A DNA stretch of 64,000 nt from Candidatus Acidiferrales bacterium (GTDB taxonomy: Bacteria > Chloroflexota > Dormibacteria > Aeolococcales > Aeolococcaceae), in assembly GCA_035566535.1 (NCBI GenBank), contig DATMRA010000130.1, positions 170-64,169 of the forward strand, read 5' to 3'. Position numbers and translations under genes: made by a program. The notes under the pieces were generated by a model. It saw nothing but the letters and a program-made list of their open reading frames with translations. It was not told the origin of the DNA and searched no databases. Positions 1-9,457 of this stretch are shown one piece after another (the stretch's first letter is position 1; every line of letters begins with the position of its first letter).

Positions 1-434
1 TCGTGTGGCGGCGCCCGCCGGACCATCTCCTCTGACCAGAAGGAGGGGTCGTCGGGCTCGCTGCCGTAGATGGCGGTGCTTGATTTGACCACCAGCTTCT
101 GGACGGGGCTGTCGGCGGCGCCGCAGGCGGCGATCAGGTTCATGGTCCCGATGACATTGGTCTCGTGCACGACCCGCGCCGGGGCGCGCCGTGGATCGAC
201 GATCAGCCCGGCGTGCACGACGGTGTCGATGTTCATCGCGCGAAGGAGCTTCCCGATCAGGCTGTGCCGGATGTCCGCGCGCACGTAGTCGGTCCGAGTC
301 AGCTCCACCAGCGGCGTGTGCGTATCCACCGCCACGATCGTCTCGACCGACGGATCCGCCTCGAGCCGTCGTGCCAGATGAGCGCCCCAGAATCGTGAGA
401 CGCCGGTGATCAGAACTCGCTTCGTCGAAGCCAT
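1..434 (-). CDS. NAD-dependent epimerase/dehydratase family protein, partial (C-terminus runs off the window start)
   Basis: Reverse-strand translation from ATG (complement of 432-434) gives MASTKRVLITGVSRFWGAHLARRLEAD...VIGTMNLIAA, the Rossmann GxxGxxG N-terminus of SDR-type epimerases. It is absent from the ORF track because there is no stop inside the window. Confidence 0.6.
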   Translation of the reverse strand, partial: MASTKRVLITGVSRFWGAHLARRLEADPSVETIVAVDTHTPLVELTRTDYVRADIRHSLIGKLLRAMNIDTVVHAGLIVDPRRAPARVVHETNVIGTMNLIAACGAADSPVQKLVVKSSTAIYGSEPDDPSFWSEEMVRRAPPH

Positions 435-514
435 CGAGCGACGCATCGTACCGCTGCCTCGCGATTGGACGAATCGTCAGGCCACTAGGTGGGAGACCGC
501 GACGGCGTGACGGA

Positions 515-586
515 CCATGCGCAGCGGGCCTGCCCGCCCGCGAGTACATAGCGGCTTGCGACGCCAACGGCGTCGCCCGCGGGGTC
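515..586. repeat. About 72-bp repeat A, copy 1, containing a perfect hairpin gcgacgcc-aac-ggcgtcgc (558-576). Sits between the gdhA stop and the downstream gene. Candidate terminator-associated repeat.
   Basis: Near-identical sequence ccatgcgcagc...gagtacatagcggcttgcgacgccaacggcgtcgcccgcggggtc recurs at 21249-21322. Confidence 0.7.
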
Positions 587-644
587 CCGAGCGCCGTCGC
601 GGTCTTCCACCTCAGGGGCCGAGCGATCCTCTCGTCATCGCGAG

Positions 645-1910
645 CTACGGATAGACGCCGCGCACCTCGGTGGCTTCGGCGACGGTCTGCACGGCGATGC
701 GAAGTGCTGCATCGCGCAGCGACACGTGGTCCTGCTCCGCGCGAGCGTGGACCTGGTGGTAGCTGCGCACCATCACCTCTTTGAGACGCGCGTTGACCTC
801 GCCGGCTGCCCAGAAGTAGGCCTGCAGGTCCTGCACCCATTCGAAGTACGAGACGATCAGGCCGCCGGCGTTGGCGAGGATGTCGGGCAGGATCAGCACG
901 CCGCGGTCGTTCAGGATGGCATCCGCTTCAGGGTCGAGGGGAGCGTTGGCTCCCTCCGCGATCACCTTTGCACGCACCCGGTCTGCGTTGCTCCGCGTGA
1001 CCTGCGCTTCGATGGCCGCGGGGACGAGGACATCGACGTCGAGGGTCAGCAGCTCGTCGTTGCTGATCGGGTCGGCGGCACCGTAGTCGGTCACGTGACC
1101 TCCCTCTTCTTTAAGGGTGCGCAGCGCGTCGAGGTCGAGCCCGGTGGCGCGATAGCACCCCCCGGAGCTGTCGGACACCGCTACGACGTTCATCCCGGCC
1201 GCACGCAGCAGCTCCGCCGACACCGCGCCGACCTTGCCGAAGCCCTGCACCGCGACGGTGGCTCCGGACGGATCGAGGCCGCCGTCGCGCATTGCCTCGA
1301 TGGTCACAGTCGACAGTCCTCGACCCGTCGCGGTGTACCGGCCTTCGGATCCGCCGATGGATGTTGGCTTGCCGGTGACCGACGCCGGCACTGAATATCC
1401 GGCGTGCATCGACAGCGTGTCCATGATCCATGCCATCACCTGCGGCCCCGTGCCCAGGTCGGGAGCCGGGATATCGCGATCCGGGCCGACGATGAGCGAG
1501 ATTTCTGTCGTGAAACGGCGTGTCATCCGTTCCAGCTCGGTCATCGACAGCTGGTGCGGGTCGCAGATGACCCCACCCTTGGCGCCCCCAAAGGGCAGCT
1601 CCACGACCGCTGACTTCCACGTCATGTACATGGCGAGAGCCCGGACATCATCGAGCGACAACGACGGGTGAAATCGAAGGCCGCCCTTGGCGGGGCCCCG
1701 TGCGATGTTGTGCTGCACGCGAAAACCGGTGAACACCCGAAAGCTCCCGTCATCCATCTCCACCGGGAAATGCACCACCAGCTCTCTCTTGAGCTCCCGG
1801 AGGATGCAGCGCAGGGAGTCGTCGAGGCCGAGCGCTTCGGCGGTGGCGTCGAATTGTCTCTGGGCGATTGAGAGGGCAGAGCGGTGGAAAACGACGGGTG
1901 TCGACGCCAT
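645..1910 (-). CDS. gdhA: NAD(P)-specific glutamate dehydrogenase
   Basis: 421 aa. Matches the Glu/Leu/Phe/Val dehydrogenase family across its full length, including the GGAKGG dimerisation/catalytic motif and the C-terminal Rossmann domain GFGKVG. Confidence 0.9.
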   Translation of the reverse strand: MASTPVVFHRSALSIAQRQFDATAEALGLDDSLRCILRELKRELVVHFPVEMDDGSFRVFTGFRVQHNIARGPAKGGLRFHPSLSLDDVRALAMYMTWKSAVVELPFGGAKGGVICDPHQLSMTELERMTRRFTTEISLIVGPDRDIPAPDLGTGPQVMAWIMDTLSMHAGYSVPASVTGKPTSIGGSEGRYTATGRGLSTVTIEAMRDGGLDPSGATVAVQGFGKVGAVSAELLRAAGMNVVAVSDSSGGCYRATGLDLDALRTLKEEGGHVTDYGAADPISNDELLTLDVDVLVPAAIEAQVTRSNADRVRAKVIAEGANAPLDPEADAILNDRGVLILPDILANAGGLIVSYFEWVQDLQAYFWAAGEVNARLKEVMVRSYHQVHARAEQDHVSLRDAALRIAVQTVAEATEVRGVYP

Positions 1911-2161
1911 GTCACAGGACTATACGAAACGCTGCGCCGGCGGAATGCAGACGGGCGGAAGAAGTTATCCACAGGCTGCGTGATGCGGGTGGCAGGACGG
2001 CGACGCTCACCGTCGCGACGCTGAGAACGTGCTGCGCAGGTTCGCGACAGGAGCGTCATCACCAGACGTTTTGGTACCTGCCTCCCCTGTCAGGAACGCT
2101 GCGGACGGCGTGACGACGCAGCGCGTCCGACTGGAATTCTGAATGAAACGCGTCATGCGCA

Positions 2162-2167
2162 TTGACA
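2162..2167 (+). promoter_or_regulatory. Perfect TTGACA -35-like hexamer roughly 125 nt upstream of the basic repeat-protein gene. No convincing TANNNT -10 is visible.
   Basis: A consensus -35 hexamer in an otherwise GC-rich divergent intergenic region (1911-2290) lying between gdhA and the repeat-protein gene. Confidence 0.2.
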
Positions 2168-2290
2168 ATCGTGTGTGTAAGCAGCATGCTATGCGCGACC
2201 GACAGGGCGTTTGCACACCTCCTGTCACAAACGTCGGACAGGCGGTCCGAGTCGAAATCGGCGGACCGTCAACACGGAGGCCCATCAGAT

Positions 2291-3004
2291 ATGGCCAGAA
2301 CCAGGCGTCGTAGAGGCGGCACAGTGAGAGCCGTCAAACGCACCGTGAGGCGCGTGAAGTCGACGGCGAGTCGTCGTGCTCCCGCCGCCGGTGGCGATCT
2401 CGTGAAATCGGTGCTGCGCGCACTACCCATCAGAGAGCTCGAGCGGCGGCTTGCAGGCCTCGAGAGGATCGTTGCAAGGCTCGAAGCCAACGTCAGAGGC
2501 GGCGTGCGTCGCGCAGCGGGCGGTACCCGCAAGCGCGCCACCGCCAAGCGCACCACCGCGAAGCGCACGGGTGTAAAGCGCACCACGCGGCGCCGGACCG
2601 GCACCGCGAAGCGCGCGGCAGCCAAGCGCACCACTCGCAAGAGCACCGCACGGCGCACCACCGCGAAGCGCACGACCGCTCGTCGCACCACCGCGAAGCG
2701 GGCGACGGCAAAGCGGACAACCCGCCGCGCGGGCGCGAAGCGCACGACTGCCAAGCGCACCGCCAAGCGCACCGCCAAGCGCACCACCGCCAAGCGGACC
2801 ACCGCCAAGCGCGCAGGCGCTAAGCGGACGACAGCCAAGCGCGTCGGGACCCGCAAGGTCGCCGCACGCAAGCCGGCGGCACGCAAGCCTGCGGCGCGCA
2901 AGCCTGCGGCGCGCAAGCCCGCAGTGCGTCGCGGCGGACGCCGCAAGGCGGCAGCCCCCGCCGTGGCCGCGGCATCGTCGCCGATGCCCAGCCCCGCGAG
3001 CTGA
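2291..3004 (+). CDS. Highly basic histone-H1-like / AlgP-like repeat protein (paralogue 1), with tandem TAKRT and AARKP pentapeptide repeats
   Basis: GGAGG ribosome-binding site 7 nt upstream of the ATG at 2291. Architecture is an N-terminal Arg-rich segment, a short coiled-coil (LPIRELERRLAGLERIVARLEANV), then roughly 25 (T/A)AKRT repeats and a 4x AARKP tail. A paralogue lies at 56905-57579. The ORF-track start at 2162 is probably too far upstream. Confidence 0.6.
   Translation: MARTRRRRGGTVRAVKRTVRRVKSTASRRAPAAGGDLVKSVLRALPIRELERRLAGLERIVARLEANVRGGVRRAAGGTRKRATAKRTTAKRTGVKRTTRRRTGTAKRAAAKRTTRKSTARRTTAKRTTARRTTAKRATAKRTTRRAGAKRTTAKRTAKRTAKRTTAKRTTAKRAGAKRTTAKRVGTRKVAARKPAARKPAARKPAARKPAVRRGGRRKAAAPAVAAASSPMPSPAS
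2525..2850 (+). repeat. Imperfect 15-bp (and 12-bp) coding tandem repeat (gccaagcgcacc(acc)) encoding TAKRT units
   Basis: Visible periodicity in the DNA, cleanest at 2750-2850. Lies within the CDS at 2291-3004. Confidence 0.8.
2860..2925 (+). repeat. About 4x 15-bp coding tandem repeat (gcgcgcaagcctgcg) encoding AARKP units
   Basis: Direct repeats visible in the sequence, within the CDS at 2291-3004. Confidence 0.8.
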
Positions 3005-3054
3005 CACTTCGTCACAGCTAGCAAAGGCCCCCGGCGTGTTTGCCGGGGGCCTTT

Positions 3055-4104
3055 CTATTTAACAGTCAGCCGCTCCGGGCCCGTGAGCACGCGCCCCAGG
3101 ATCTCCGCAGCGCGGCGGCTGTCAGCCTCATCCACGCCGATGTGCGTGACGCACCGGATGGTCCGTGGCCCCATCACGGTCACCTGGACTCCCTCTTCCG
3201 ACGCCCGCGCCGCCACTTCGGTGGCGTCCATCTGCGTCTCGACCAGCACGATGTTGGTGGGCACCGTGGGTGGGTTCACGAGCGCGCCAGAGTCCTGAAC
3301 AACGCCGGCGATGAGTCGCGCGTTGGCGTGGTCCTCGGCCAGACGATCGACGTTGTGCTCGAGCGCGTACAGCGCTGCGGCAGCAAGGATGCCGGCCTGA
3401 CGCATACCGCCGCCGAGCCGCTTTCGCCAGCGACGAACCTCGTCGATGACGGCCGAGTCGCCCAGCACCGCGGATCCAACGGGAGCACCCAGGCCCTTGC
3501 TGAAACACACCGAGACCGTGTCGCAGGAAGCAACCAGCGCGGCGGGAGTGCAGCGCAATGCGACCGCCGCATTGAACAGCCGCGCGCCGTCGCAGTGCAC
3601 CCGGAGTCCCCGGTTGTGGGCGAGATCCGCGCACGGCCGTATGCGCTCCACGTCCACGGCCGCGCCGCCGCGACGGTTGTGCGTGTTCTCGACGCAGAAC
3701 AGGCGGGAGACCGGAAAGTGAACGTTGTCGCCGCGGATGGCGTCTTCGAGCACGGGCATGTCGGGCACACCCTCGAACCCGTCCAGCGTCCGCAACTGGA
3801 CCCCTGCGACCACCGCAGAGCCCGCCACCTCGTAGACGAAGATATGGGCCTGGGCATCGACGATGACCTCGTCGCCCGCTCGCGTCTGCGCGGCTACCGC
3901 GGCGAGGTTGCCCATCGTCCCGCTCGGAACGAACACCGCAGCCTCTTTGCCAAGCCGCTGGGCCATCTCCGCCTCGAGTTGATTCACGGTGGGATCCTCG
4001 CCCCACACGTCGTCACCCACCTCGGCGCGTGCCATGGCCGCGCGCATGCCCGAGCCAGGGACGGTTACGGTGTCACTGCGCAGATCGATGCTTGTCGTGG
4101 GCAC
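3055..4104 (-). CDS. ltaE: Low-specificity L-threonine aldolase (PLP-dependent)
   Basis: 349 aa. Has the conserved N-terminus IDLRSDTVT and the GTMGN and SKGLGAP PLP-lysine region typical of the threonine aldolase family. Confidence 0.85.
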   Translation of the reverse strand: MPTTSIDLRSDTVTVPGSGMRAAMARAEVGDDVWGEDPTVNQLEAEMAQRLGKEAAVFVPSGTMGNLAAVAAQTRAGDEVIVDAQAHIFVYEVAGSAVVAGVQLRTLDGFEGVPDMPVLEDAIRGDNVHFPVSRLFCVENTHNRRGGAAVDVERIRPCADLAHNRGLRVHCDGARLFNAAVALRCTPAALVASCDTVSVCFSKGLGAPVGSAVLGDSAVIDEVRRWRKRLGGGMRQAGILAAAALYALEHNVDRLAEDHANARLIAGVVQDSGALVNPPTVPTNIVLVETQMDATEVAARASEEGVQVTVMGPRTIRCVTHIGVDEADSRRAAEILGRVLTGPERLTVK

Positions 4105-6193
4105 TGGCGCCGGCCTCCGAATTCTTCGAGACGGGAGTGTGCACCACGATCGTGGGAGCCCGTCTTCCGGCTACGCGCTGTTTCGTTTCGGCCGACATAC
4201 ACGTGCGGTTACGGCCGCCGCCTTTGGCGCTGTAGAGAGCCTCGTCAGCCAGGCTGAGGAGTTCGCTGGCGCTGTCCGTGTCCTCCGGAAACGCAGCCCC
4301 ACCGATGCTCACGGTGAGTCCGAGCAGGGTGCCGTCAGGCAGCTCAATGCGGAGCCCGGCGACCGCGACACGGATCTTTTCCGCCACCGTGCGCGCATCC
4401 CGGCCGCCCGTGTTCGACATGACCACGCAGAACTCCTCGCCTCCATAACGAGCCGCCAGATCGGCTCGCCGGACGGTGCTGAGCAGCGTCTGCGCAAACG
4501 CCGCCAAGGCAGTATCTCCGGCCTGGTGGCCGTGGGTGTCGTTGAGGACTTTGAAATGGTCGATGTCCAGCATCAACATCGACAGGGGGGTATTGAGCCG
4601 CTCCGCAAGCGCGACCTGCTGCCCCAGGTAGTCCACCAGAAAGCGGTGGTTGTACAGGTCCGTGAGATCGTCGATGCTCGCCTGACGCTGCACCACGGCG
4701 AGGAAACGGTAGCGCTCGAGCGCGAGCGCAACCTGCTCCGACGTGGCTGCGATCAGGTCAACGTCGCTGGGAAGAAAGCTCCGGGCTCTGTTGCCGGCAG
4801 CCAGAACGCCGTGAATGTGGCCGCCGACCTTGAGCGGTGCGACGCACATCTCACGCAGACCGAGCTGCGCCTCACCGCTCCCCGGCGTGGTGCCGAGCAC
4901 AAGAGCGCCGGCCGCCTCATATCGGTATCCCTCGCCGATCGGACCGTCATCGGAGAGCAGGACATCGAGATCGTCAGCTTCCACGCCGTTCGCGATCGAA
5001 AAGGGATCGCTCATCTCTGAGCTGGTGACGACGATGATCACGGCGTCGGCCTCGATGCTATGGCGGAGCTCGGCGCAGACGTTTCGCAACGCTGTCTCGA
5101 GCGGTTGTGCGGCGCTCAACTCCGTGGCAACGGCAGCGCGCGCCTCGGTGGCTCGGATGGTCGCGCGCAAGCGCGTGCGCATGGCCTCGAACGTCGCCGC
5201 GAGCCGTCCGAGCTCGTCGACGGCACCACCTGGGATCGGGGCGTCGAAATCACCGCGGCCGAGTGCGGCGACGGCGCGATCAAGGCGGCGCAAGGGCCGC
5301 TGCAGACTGGTTTGCACCACCACCACGATGAACAGCATGGCCACCAGGATCAGGGCGACCAGAAGAAGGATCGGCTGCCATCCCGCGGCTACCGCGTCCA
5401 CCGGCGTTGTCACAAGCAGCGTGTATCCACCACCCAGTGAGGCCGTCGCGATCGCTACGTCGCCGGACAGGAACGGCCGGACCGTGACTGCCGGCGATGC
5501 CAGGACATCGCTGATTTGAGCGCTCACCGCAGCACCTGCGCGGAGCCGCATTCCCGCCACGGTGGCAGCCACGGCGAGGCGCCCGTGTCTGACGACCGAA
5601 ACGTCTGCCGTATCTGTCGCGGTGGCGAGGTTGTGCTCGACAGAGCTGACGAACCGGGCGTTCAGGGGGCGCGCCACGACCGCGACTGACGAGCTCACGG
5701 GAATCTGCGCCTGCGCGACCAGCCATGGCTGACCGTCCGCGGCGGCGGCGATGTGCAGATGCCCGCCCACCGCCGTCCCGACAACGACGAGCAAAGGATC
5801 CGATGGGGTCACGCTCAACCCACCCCGGGTTGCCGCGACGTTGCGGCCGGTGAGGACGGCGAGCATGTCGTCGTTCTGGTTCACGGCGCTGTCCTGCCCG
5901 AGCATTGTCGTCAGCGCCGCCTGGTTCGCCAGGCCGCCGGTCGCGGCGACCTGGCGTGCTATCGCTCCGGCGAATGCGTCGAGCGATTCCTGCTGGCCCT
6001 GGACGAGATTTGCCGCGATGCCAACTTTGTCGGCGGCGCGTTCGGCTGCCTGACCCCGAGTGTTGGCCTGTGCGAGCAGCAGTGGAACCACTGCGATGAC
6101 GACCCCGGCGACCAGGATGACGGCGGAAAATTTCGCGGAGAAGGACGCGTGCCGCCAGACGCCGCTGAGCCGGCGAGGCTGCGGCACTGTCAC
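4073..6193 (-). CDS. Membrane sensor diguanylate cyclase (N-terminal TM, extracytoplasmic domain, HAMP, GAF, GGDEF)
   Basis: 706 aa. C-terminal GGDEF domain with RYGGEEF, and an N-terminal hydrophobic segment. Its 3' end overlaps the ltaE start by 32 nt. Confidence 0.85.
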   Translation of the reverse strand: MTVPQPRRLSGVWRHASFSAKFSAVILVAGVVIAVVPLLLAQANTRGQAAERAADKVGIAANLVQGQQESLDAFAGAIARQVAATGGLANQAALTTMLGQDSAVNQNDDMLAVLTGRNVAATRGGLSVTPSDPLLVVVGTAVGGHLHIAAAADGQPWLVAQAQIPVSSSVAVVARPLNARFVSSVEHNLATATDTADVSVVRHGRLAVAATVAGMRLRAGAAVSAQISDVLASPAVTVRPFLSGDVAIATASLGGGYTLLVTTPVDAVAAGWQPILLLVALILVAMLFIVVVVQTSLQRPLRRLDRAVAALGRGDFDAPIPGGAVDELGRLAATFEAMRTRLRATIRATEARAAVATELSAAQPLETALRNVCAELRHSIEADAVIIVVTSSEMSDPFSIANGVEADDLDVLLSDDGPIGEGYRYEAAGALVLGTTPGSGEAQLGLREMCVAPLKVGGHIHGVLAAGNRARSFLPSDVDLIAATSEQVALALERYRFLAVVQRQASIDDLTDLYNHRFLVDYLGQQVALAERLNTPLSMLMLDIDHFKVLNDTHGHQAGDTALAAFAQTLLSTVRRADLAARYGGEEFCVVMSNTGGRDARTVAEKIRVAVAGLRIELPDGTLLGLTVSIGGAAFPEDTDSASELLSLADEALYSAKGGGRNRTCMSAETKQRVAGRRAPTIVVHTPVSKNSEAGASAHDKHRSAQ

Positions 6194-6717
6194 GCGGGCC
6201 TGCGGGCCAGATGTGTCGCCAGCAGCGCAACCGCAGCGGCGACGACCAGCGTGATGACCGTCGCCAGGTTCAGCGGTGGCTGCGTGCCGCCGATAACGAC
6301 TGAACCGGATGCGGGCGGCGCCACGGGCAGGGTGGGAAACGAGAGGACAGGGGTGATGAGCACAGCGGTCTGCTGGGCACGCGCCGGCGGCGGCGCTGGA
6401 GCGACGGAAGGCGCAATCGCGCGGACGGCGCTAGCACTCGATGCCATCGGCGCCTTGAGCACGCTGCCACCGCGACGGTGACCGTCTTCCACATCCTCGT
6501 CGTGCGGGCTGTCCGCGCCGTGCGAGGCTGCACGAAACCGGGCGAGAGGGTGGTCATGCGATCGCTCGCGCGCAGCCGCCGGCTCGAGTTGTTGCGCGCG
6601 TGACGGGCGATCGTGGTCGCGTTCAGCGGCCACAGCAGTTGTCACGTGTGCGGCCAGGGAGAACGAAACCGCCGCCGCGGCGACCGTCAACGAGTAGAAA
6701 AATCGGCGAGTGTGCAC
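6190..6717 (-). CDS. Hypothetical secreted/membrane-anchored protein (N-terminal signal-like segment, Pro/Ala-rich, C-terminal TM)
   Basis: 175 aa ORF. Its stop overlaps the GGDEF gene start by 4 nt, so the two are probably co-transcribed. No recognisable domain. Confidence 0.4.
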   Translation of the reverse strand: MHTRRFFYSLTVAAAAVSFSLAAHVTTAVAAERDHDRPSRAQQLEPAAARERSHDHPLARFRAASHGADSPHDEDVEDGHRRGGSVLKAPMASSASAVRAIAPSVAPAPPPARAQQTAVLITPVLSFPTLPVAPPASGSVVIGGTQPPLNLATVITLVVAAAVALLATHLARRPA

Positions 6718-6884
6718 TCACTCAATCCTGTCGTGTAGTGCCGATCAGACTGCGTGTCAGGTCCCCGGTCCAATCGTAGAAAGGCACATCTGAGGCGGTC
6801 ATGATTGGTTTGTGACAAGTCATCGGACCCTGTCGACGCCCGCCTGGCAGGGTGCACGCGGCCTCATGGCGTACGCTTCGCCAC

Positions 6885-7421
6885 ATGCCAGAAGTCGTGA
6901 TCAGTTTCGTCGACGGTGAGGTCGTGCACGCCGAAATGCCCGAGATCACCTTCGATCTGGCGGTCCTCGAAGCAGAGTTGCGCGGCGTGGATCCCAACGC
7001 AGAGCGTGCGTTGTTTCCGGTGAGCGCGATACGCCAGCTCCTGGTCGGTGAACCGCTTCCGGCGCCGCCGCCCGACGTCGTCGAGGAGTGGGACCGTGCC
7101 GCATTTCACTTCGTGGACGGACAGGTCATACGCGCGTCCATCAGCCCGGACGCGCTGCTGGGACGCCATGGCGGCGTGTGGCACATCGTCGAAGCCGGCT
7201 CCGACGAGCTGCGCACCGTCGCGATCCCGTACACCGCGTTGAAAGGTGTGTTTCATATCCGGCAATGGGACAGCCGTCCCGCCGGGGAGCGCGCCGAGGA
7301 AGGCCGGCTGGACCAGCTCGCGCGGATCCTGGCCGAGCGCGAGGCGAGCGCTGCCGGCGCGACCACACCGCAACGCCGCGCGCTGCTGTCCCGCATGCGG
7401 CGCCCGCCCGGCTCCACATAG
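6885..7421 (+). CDS. Hypothetical protein with an internal tandem duplication of a roughly 45-aa module
   Basis: High GC3 on the plus frame, whereas the overlapping minus ORF is Arg-rich noise. The two modules are VISFVDGEVVHAEMPEITFDLAVLEAE and FHFVDGQVIRASISPDALL...VFHI. A GTG at 6852 is an alternative start. Confidence 0.45.
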   Translation: MPEVVISFVDGEVVHAEMPEITFDLAVLEAELRGVDPNAERALFPVSAIRQLLVGEPLPAPPPDVVEEWDRAAFHFVDGQVIRASISPDALLGRHGGVWHIVEAGSDELRTVAIPYTALKGVFHIRQWDSRPAGERAEEGRLDQLARILAEREASAAGATTPQRRALLSRMRRPPGST

Positions 7422-7502
7422 AACCGTTACCGTCCGGAAACGATTAGGCGTCCGGATCCTTACCGGCCGGTCCAAGGGTGACGTGCTACCTTAGCCCTCG
7501 CC

Positions 7503-8543
7503 GTGCCATCCTCTCTCGCGACGGTCGATACGGTGGCCAGTCAGGAAGTGCCGCCGTCGCTGACCGGACGATTTTTGAACCGCCGCACCATCCTGTCGTT
7601 GTTGGTGGCTGCGTTGATCGTCGGTCTCGCGATATGGCGCGCCCCGATCAACTGGGCTGATGCCTGGAACAAGATCCGGCACGCAGATCCGCTCCTGTAC
7701 ATCGCTGCCCTGCTCATCTATTACGCGTCGTTCGGCGTGCGCGCCGTGCGCTGGCGGGTGCTCCTGAAGAACACCGGCGAAGACCGGCCGACTCGGGCTC
7801 TCATCGGTCCGCTTGTCACATCGTTTTTCGTGAACTGCGTGGTGCCCGCCAAGATGGGCGACCTGTATCGCGCGTACCAGGCCCGAGCTCGGCTCGCGAT
7901 CTCGGGTAGCAAAGCGCTCGGAACCATCATCGCCGAGCGCCTGCTGGACCTGTGCGTGCTCATGGCCCTGCTGCTGGCCGCCGGTGCCGTGGTATTCCAC
8001 CGTAAGGCCCCGGGTGTGCTGATTCCGTACGTGATCGTCGGCACACTGGTGTGTCTCGCCGGTGTCGGCGTGATTCTCACAATGCGCGCGGGAAGAGGTC
8101 GTCGATTCCTGCGTCTGCTGCCGGAAGCCATCTTCCATCGCTACGAGTCGTTCCGGGTCGGCACCGTGCACTCCTTCGGCCGCTTCCCCACGCTCGTATC
8201 ACTCACGGTGTTGGTCTGGTTTTTCGAGGCCGCGCGCCTGGGATTCGTGGTCTTCGCGCTGAATGACGGCAGCTTGCTCGGGCCCTCGCAGTTCCTGCTC
8301 ATCGCCCTGGTGGCCGCTCTCCTCACCACCGTTCCCTTCCTACCAGGTGGCCTCGGACTCGTCGAAGCGGGAATGGTCGGCGTCCTGATCGCAGTCGGCG
8401 GCGTGAGCCAGCAGGTGGCCGTCTCCATCGCCTTGCTCGACCGCAGCATCAGCTACGGCAGCCTGGTCGTGTTCGGCTTCATCGTTTTCACCGTCACACA
8501 CGTCACCGCTCCTCGCGCGCGCCCCGCTGCCGCGCAGGGGTGA
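7503..8543 (+). CDS. Integral membrane protein of the lysylphosphatidylglycerol-synthase-TM-region / UPF0104 flippase-like family
   Basis: 346 aa with about 8 TM segments. Has the family's characteristic charged motif in the first cytoplasmic loop (FGVRAVRWRVLL). The stop overlaps the next gene's start. Confidence 0.6.
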   Translation: MPSSLATVDTVASQEVPPSLTGRFLNRRTILSLLVAALIVGLAIWRAPINWADAWNKIRHADPLLYIAALLIYYASFGVRAVRWRVLLKNTGEDRPTRALIGPLVTSFFVNCVVPAKMGDLYRAYQARARLAISGSKALGTIIAERLLDLCVLMALLLAAGAVVFHRKAPGVLIPYVIVGTLVCLAGVGVILTMRAGRGRRFLRLLPEAIFHRYESFRVGTVHSFGRFPTLVSLTVLVWFFEAARLGFVVFALNDGSLLGPSQFLLIALVAALLTTVPFLPGGLGLVEAGMVGVLIAVGGVSQQVAVSIALLDRSISYGSLVVFGFIVFTVTHVTAPRARPAAAQG

Positions 8544-9457
8544 GGGCACTGGTCACCGGCGGCGCCGGCTTCATCGGCTCACATCTGGTCGACGCGCTGC
8601 TCGCTGACGGCATCGACGTGCTCGCCGTCGACGATCTCTCCCGCGGCCGGCGCGAACAGGTGAACACGGCTGCAGAGTTCACCCGCATGGACGTCGCCGA
8701 CCCGCGTCTGGTCGACCTCGTCGGCGCCCACCGTCCCGACATCGTGTTCCACCTGGCTGCGCAGATCGACGTGCGCCGGTCGGTCGCGGACCCCGTGGCG
8801 GATACGCAGAGCAACGTCGTCGGCACCGTCAATCTGCTCCACGCCAGCGCGCAGCACGGAGTCCGCCGCGTCGTCTTCGCGTCCAGCGGCGGCGCGATCT
8901 ACGGAGACGCCGACGTGATCCCCACCCCGGAAAGCCACGAGCTGCAGCCCGCGTCGCCCTACGGCACAGCCAAGCTCTGCGGCGAGGCGTATGGCACCCT
9001 CTATCAGCGGATGCGCGGGATCGAATTCATCGCGCTGCGATATGCCAACGTCTACGGCCCCCGTCAGGACCCGCACGGGGAAGCCGGCGTGGTCGCGATT
9101 TTCGCGCAACGTCTCCTGCGCGATGCGCCGGTGACGATCAACGGCGACGGCCTCCAGACGCGCGACTACGTCTACGTCGACGACGTCGTGCGCGCCAATC
9201 TCGCAGCCATGTCATCGAGGACGCCGGATGCGGTCAACATCGGCACCGGCGTCGAGACCGATGTCGACGGCCTCTACGAGAGCCTCCGCCGGCTCGCCGG
9301 CATCGAGGCTCGCGCGGTGCATGGTGACGCCAAGCCGGGCGAGCAACGACGCTCGTGTCTGGATATCAGTCACGCGCGCACAGCGCTGGGCTGGGAGCCG
9401 TCTGTCGCGCTCGACGAGGGGCTACGGCGCACCACCGACTTCTTCCGCAACGTCTGA
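8540..9457 (+). CDS. NAD-dependent epimerase/dehydratase (UDP-glucose 4-epimerase-like)
   Basis: 305 aa with TGGAGFIGSHL, the YxxxK segment PYGTAKLCGE, and a 4-nt overlap with the upstream membrane-protein gene. Confidence 0.85.
   Translation: MRALVTGGAGFIGSHLVDALLADGIDVLAVDDLSRGRREQVNTAAEFTRMDVADPRLVDLVGAHRPDIVFHLAAQIDVRRSVADPVADTQSNVVGTVNLLHASAQHGVRRVVFASSGGAIYGDADVIPTPESHELQPASPYGTAKLCGEAYGTLYQRMRGIEFIALRYANVYGPRQDPHGEAGVVAIFAQRLLRDAPVTINGDGLQTRDYVYVDDVVRANLAAMSSRTPDAVNIGTGVETDVDGLYESLRRLAGIEARAVHGDAKPGEQRRSCLDISHARTALGWEPSVALDEGLRRTTDFFRNV

Noticed and set aside
2525-2925. Tandem repeats considered as a possible CRISPR array or VNTR locus
   Set aside because: Period is 12-15 bp, with no spacers, and the repeats are in-frame inside a CDS encoding pentapeptide repeats. 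The same applies to 57026-57127.
3040-4257. 405-aa plus-strand ORF and 292-aa minus ORF overlapping ltaE
   Set aside because: Alternative frames of the confidently identified threonine aldolase gene, with Arg/Gly-rich composition.
6864-7475. 203-aa minus-strand ORF
   Set aside because: It overlaps the better-supported plus-strand ORF (6885-7421), which has high GC3 and a balanced composition. The minus ORF is Arg-rich.
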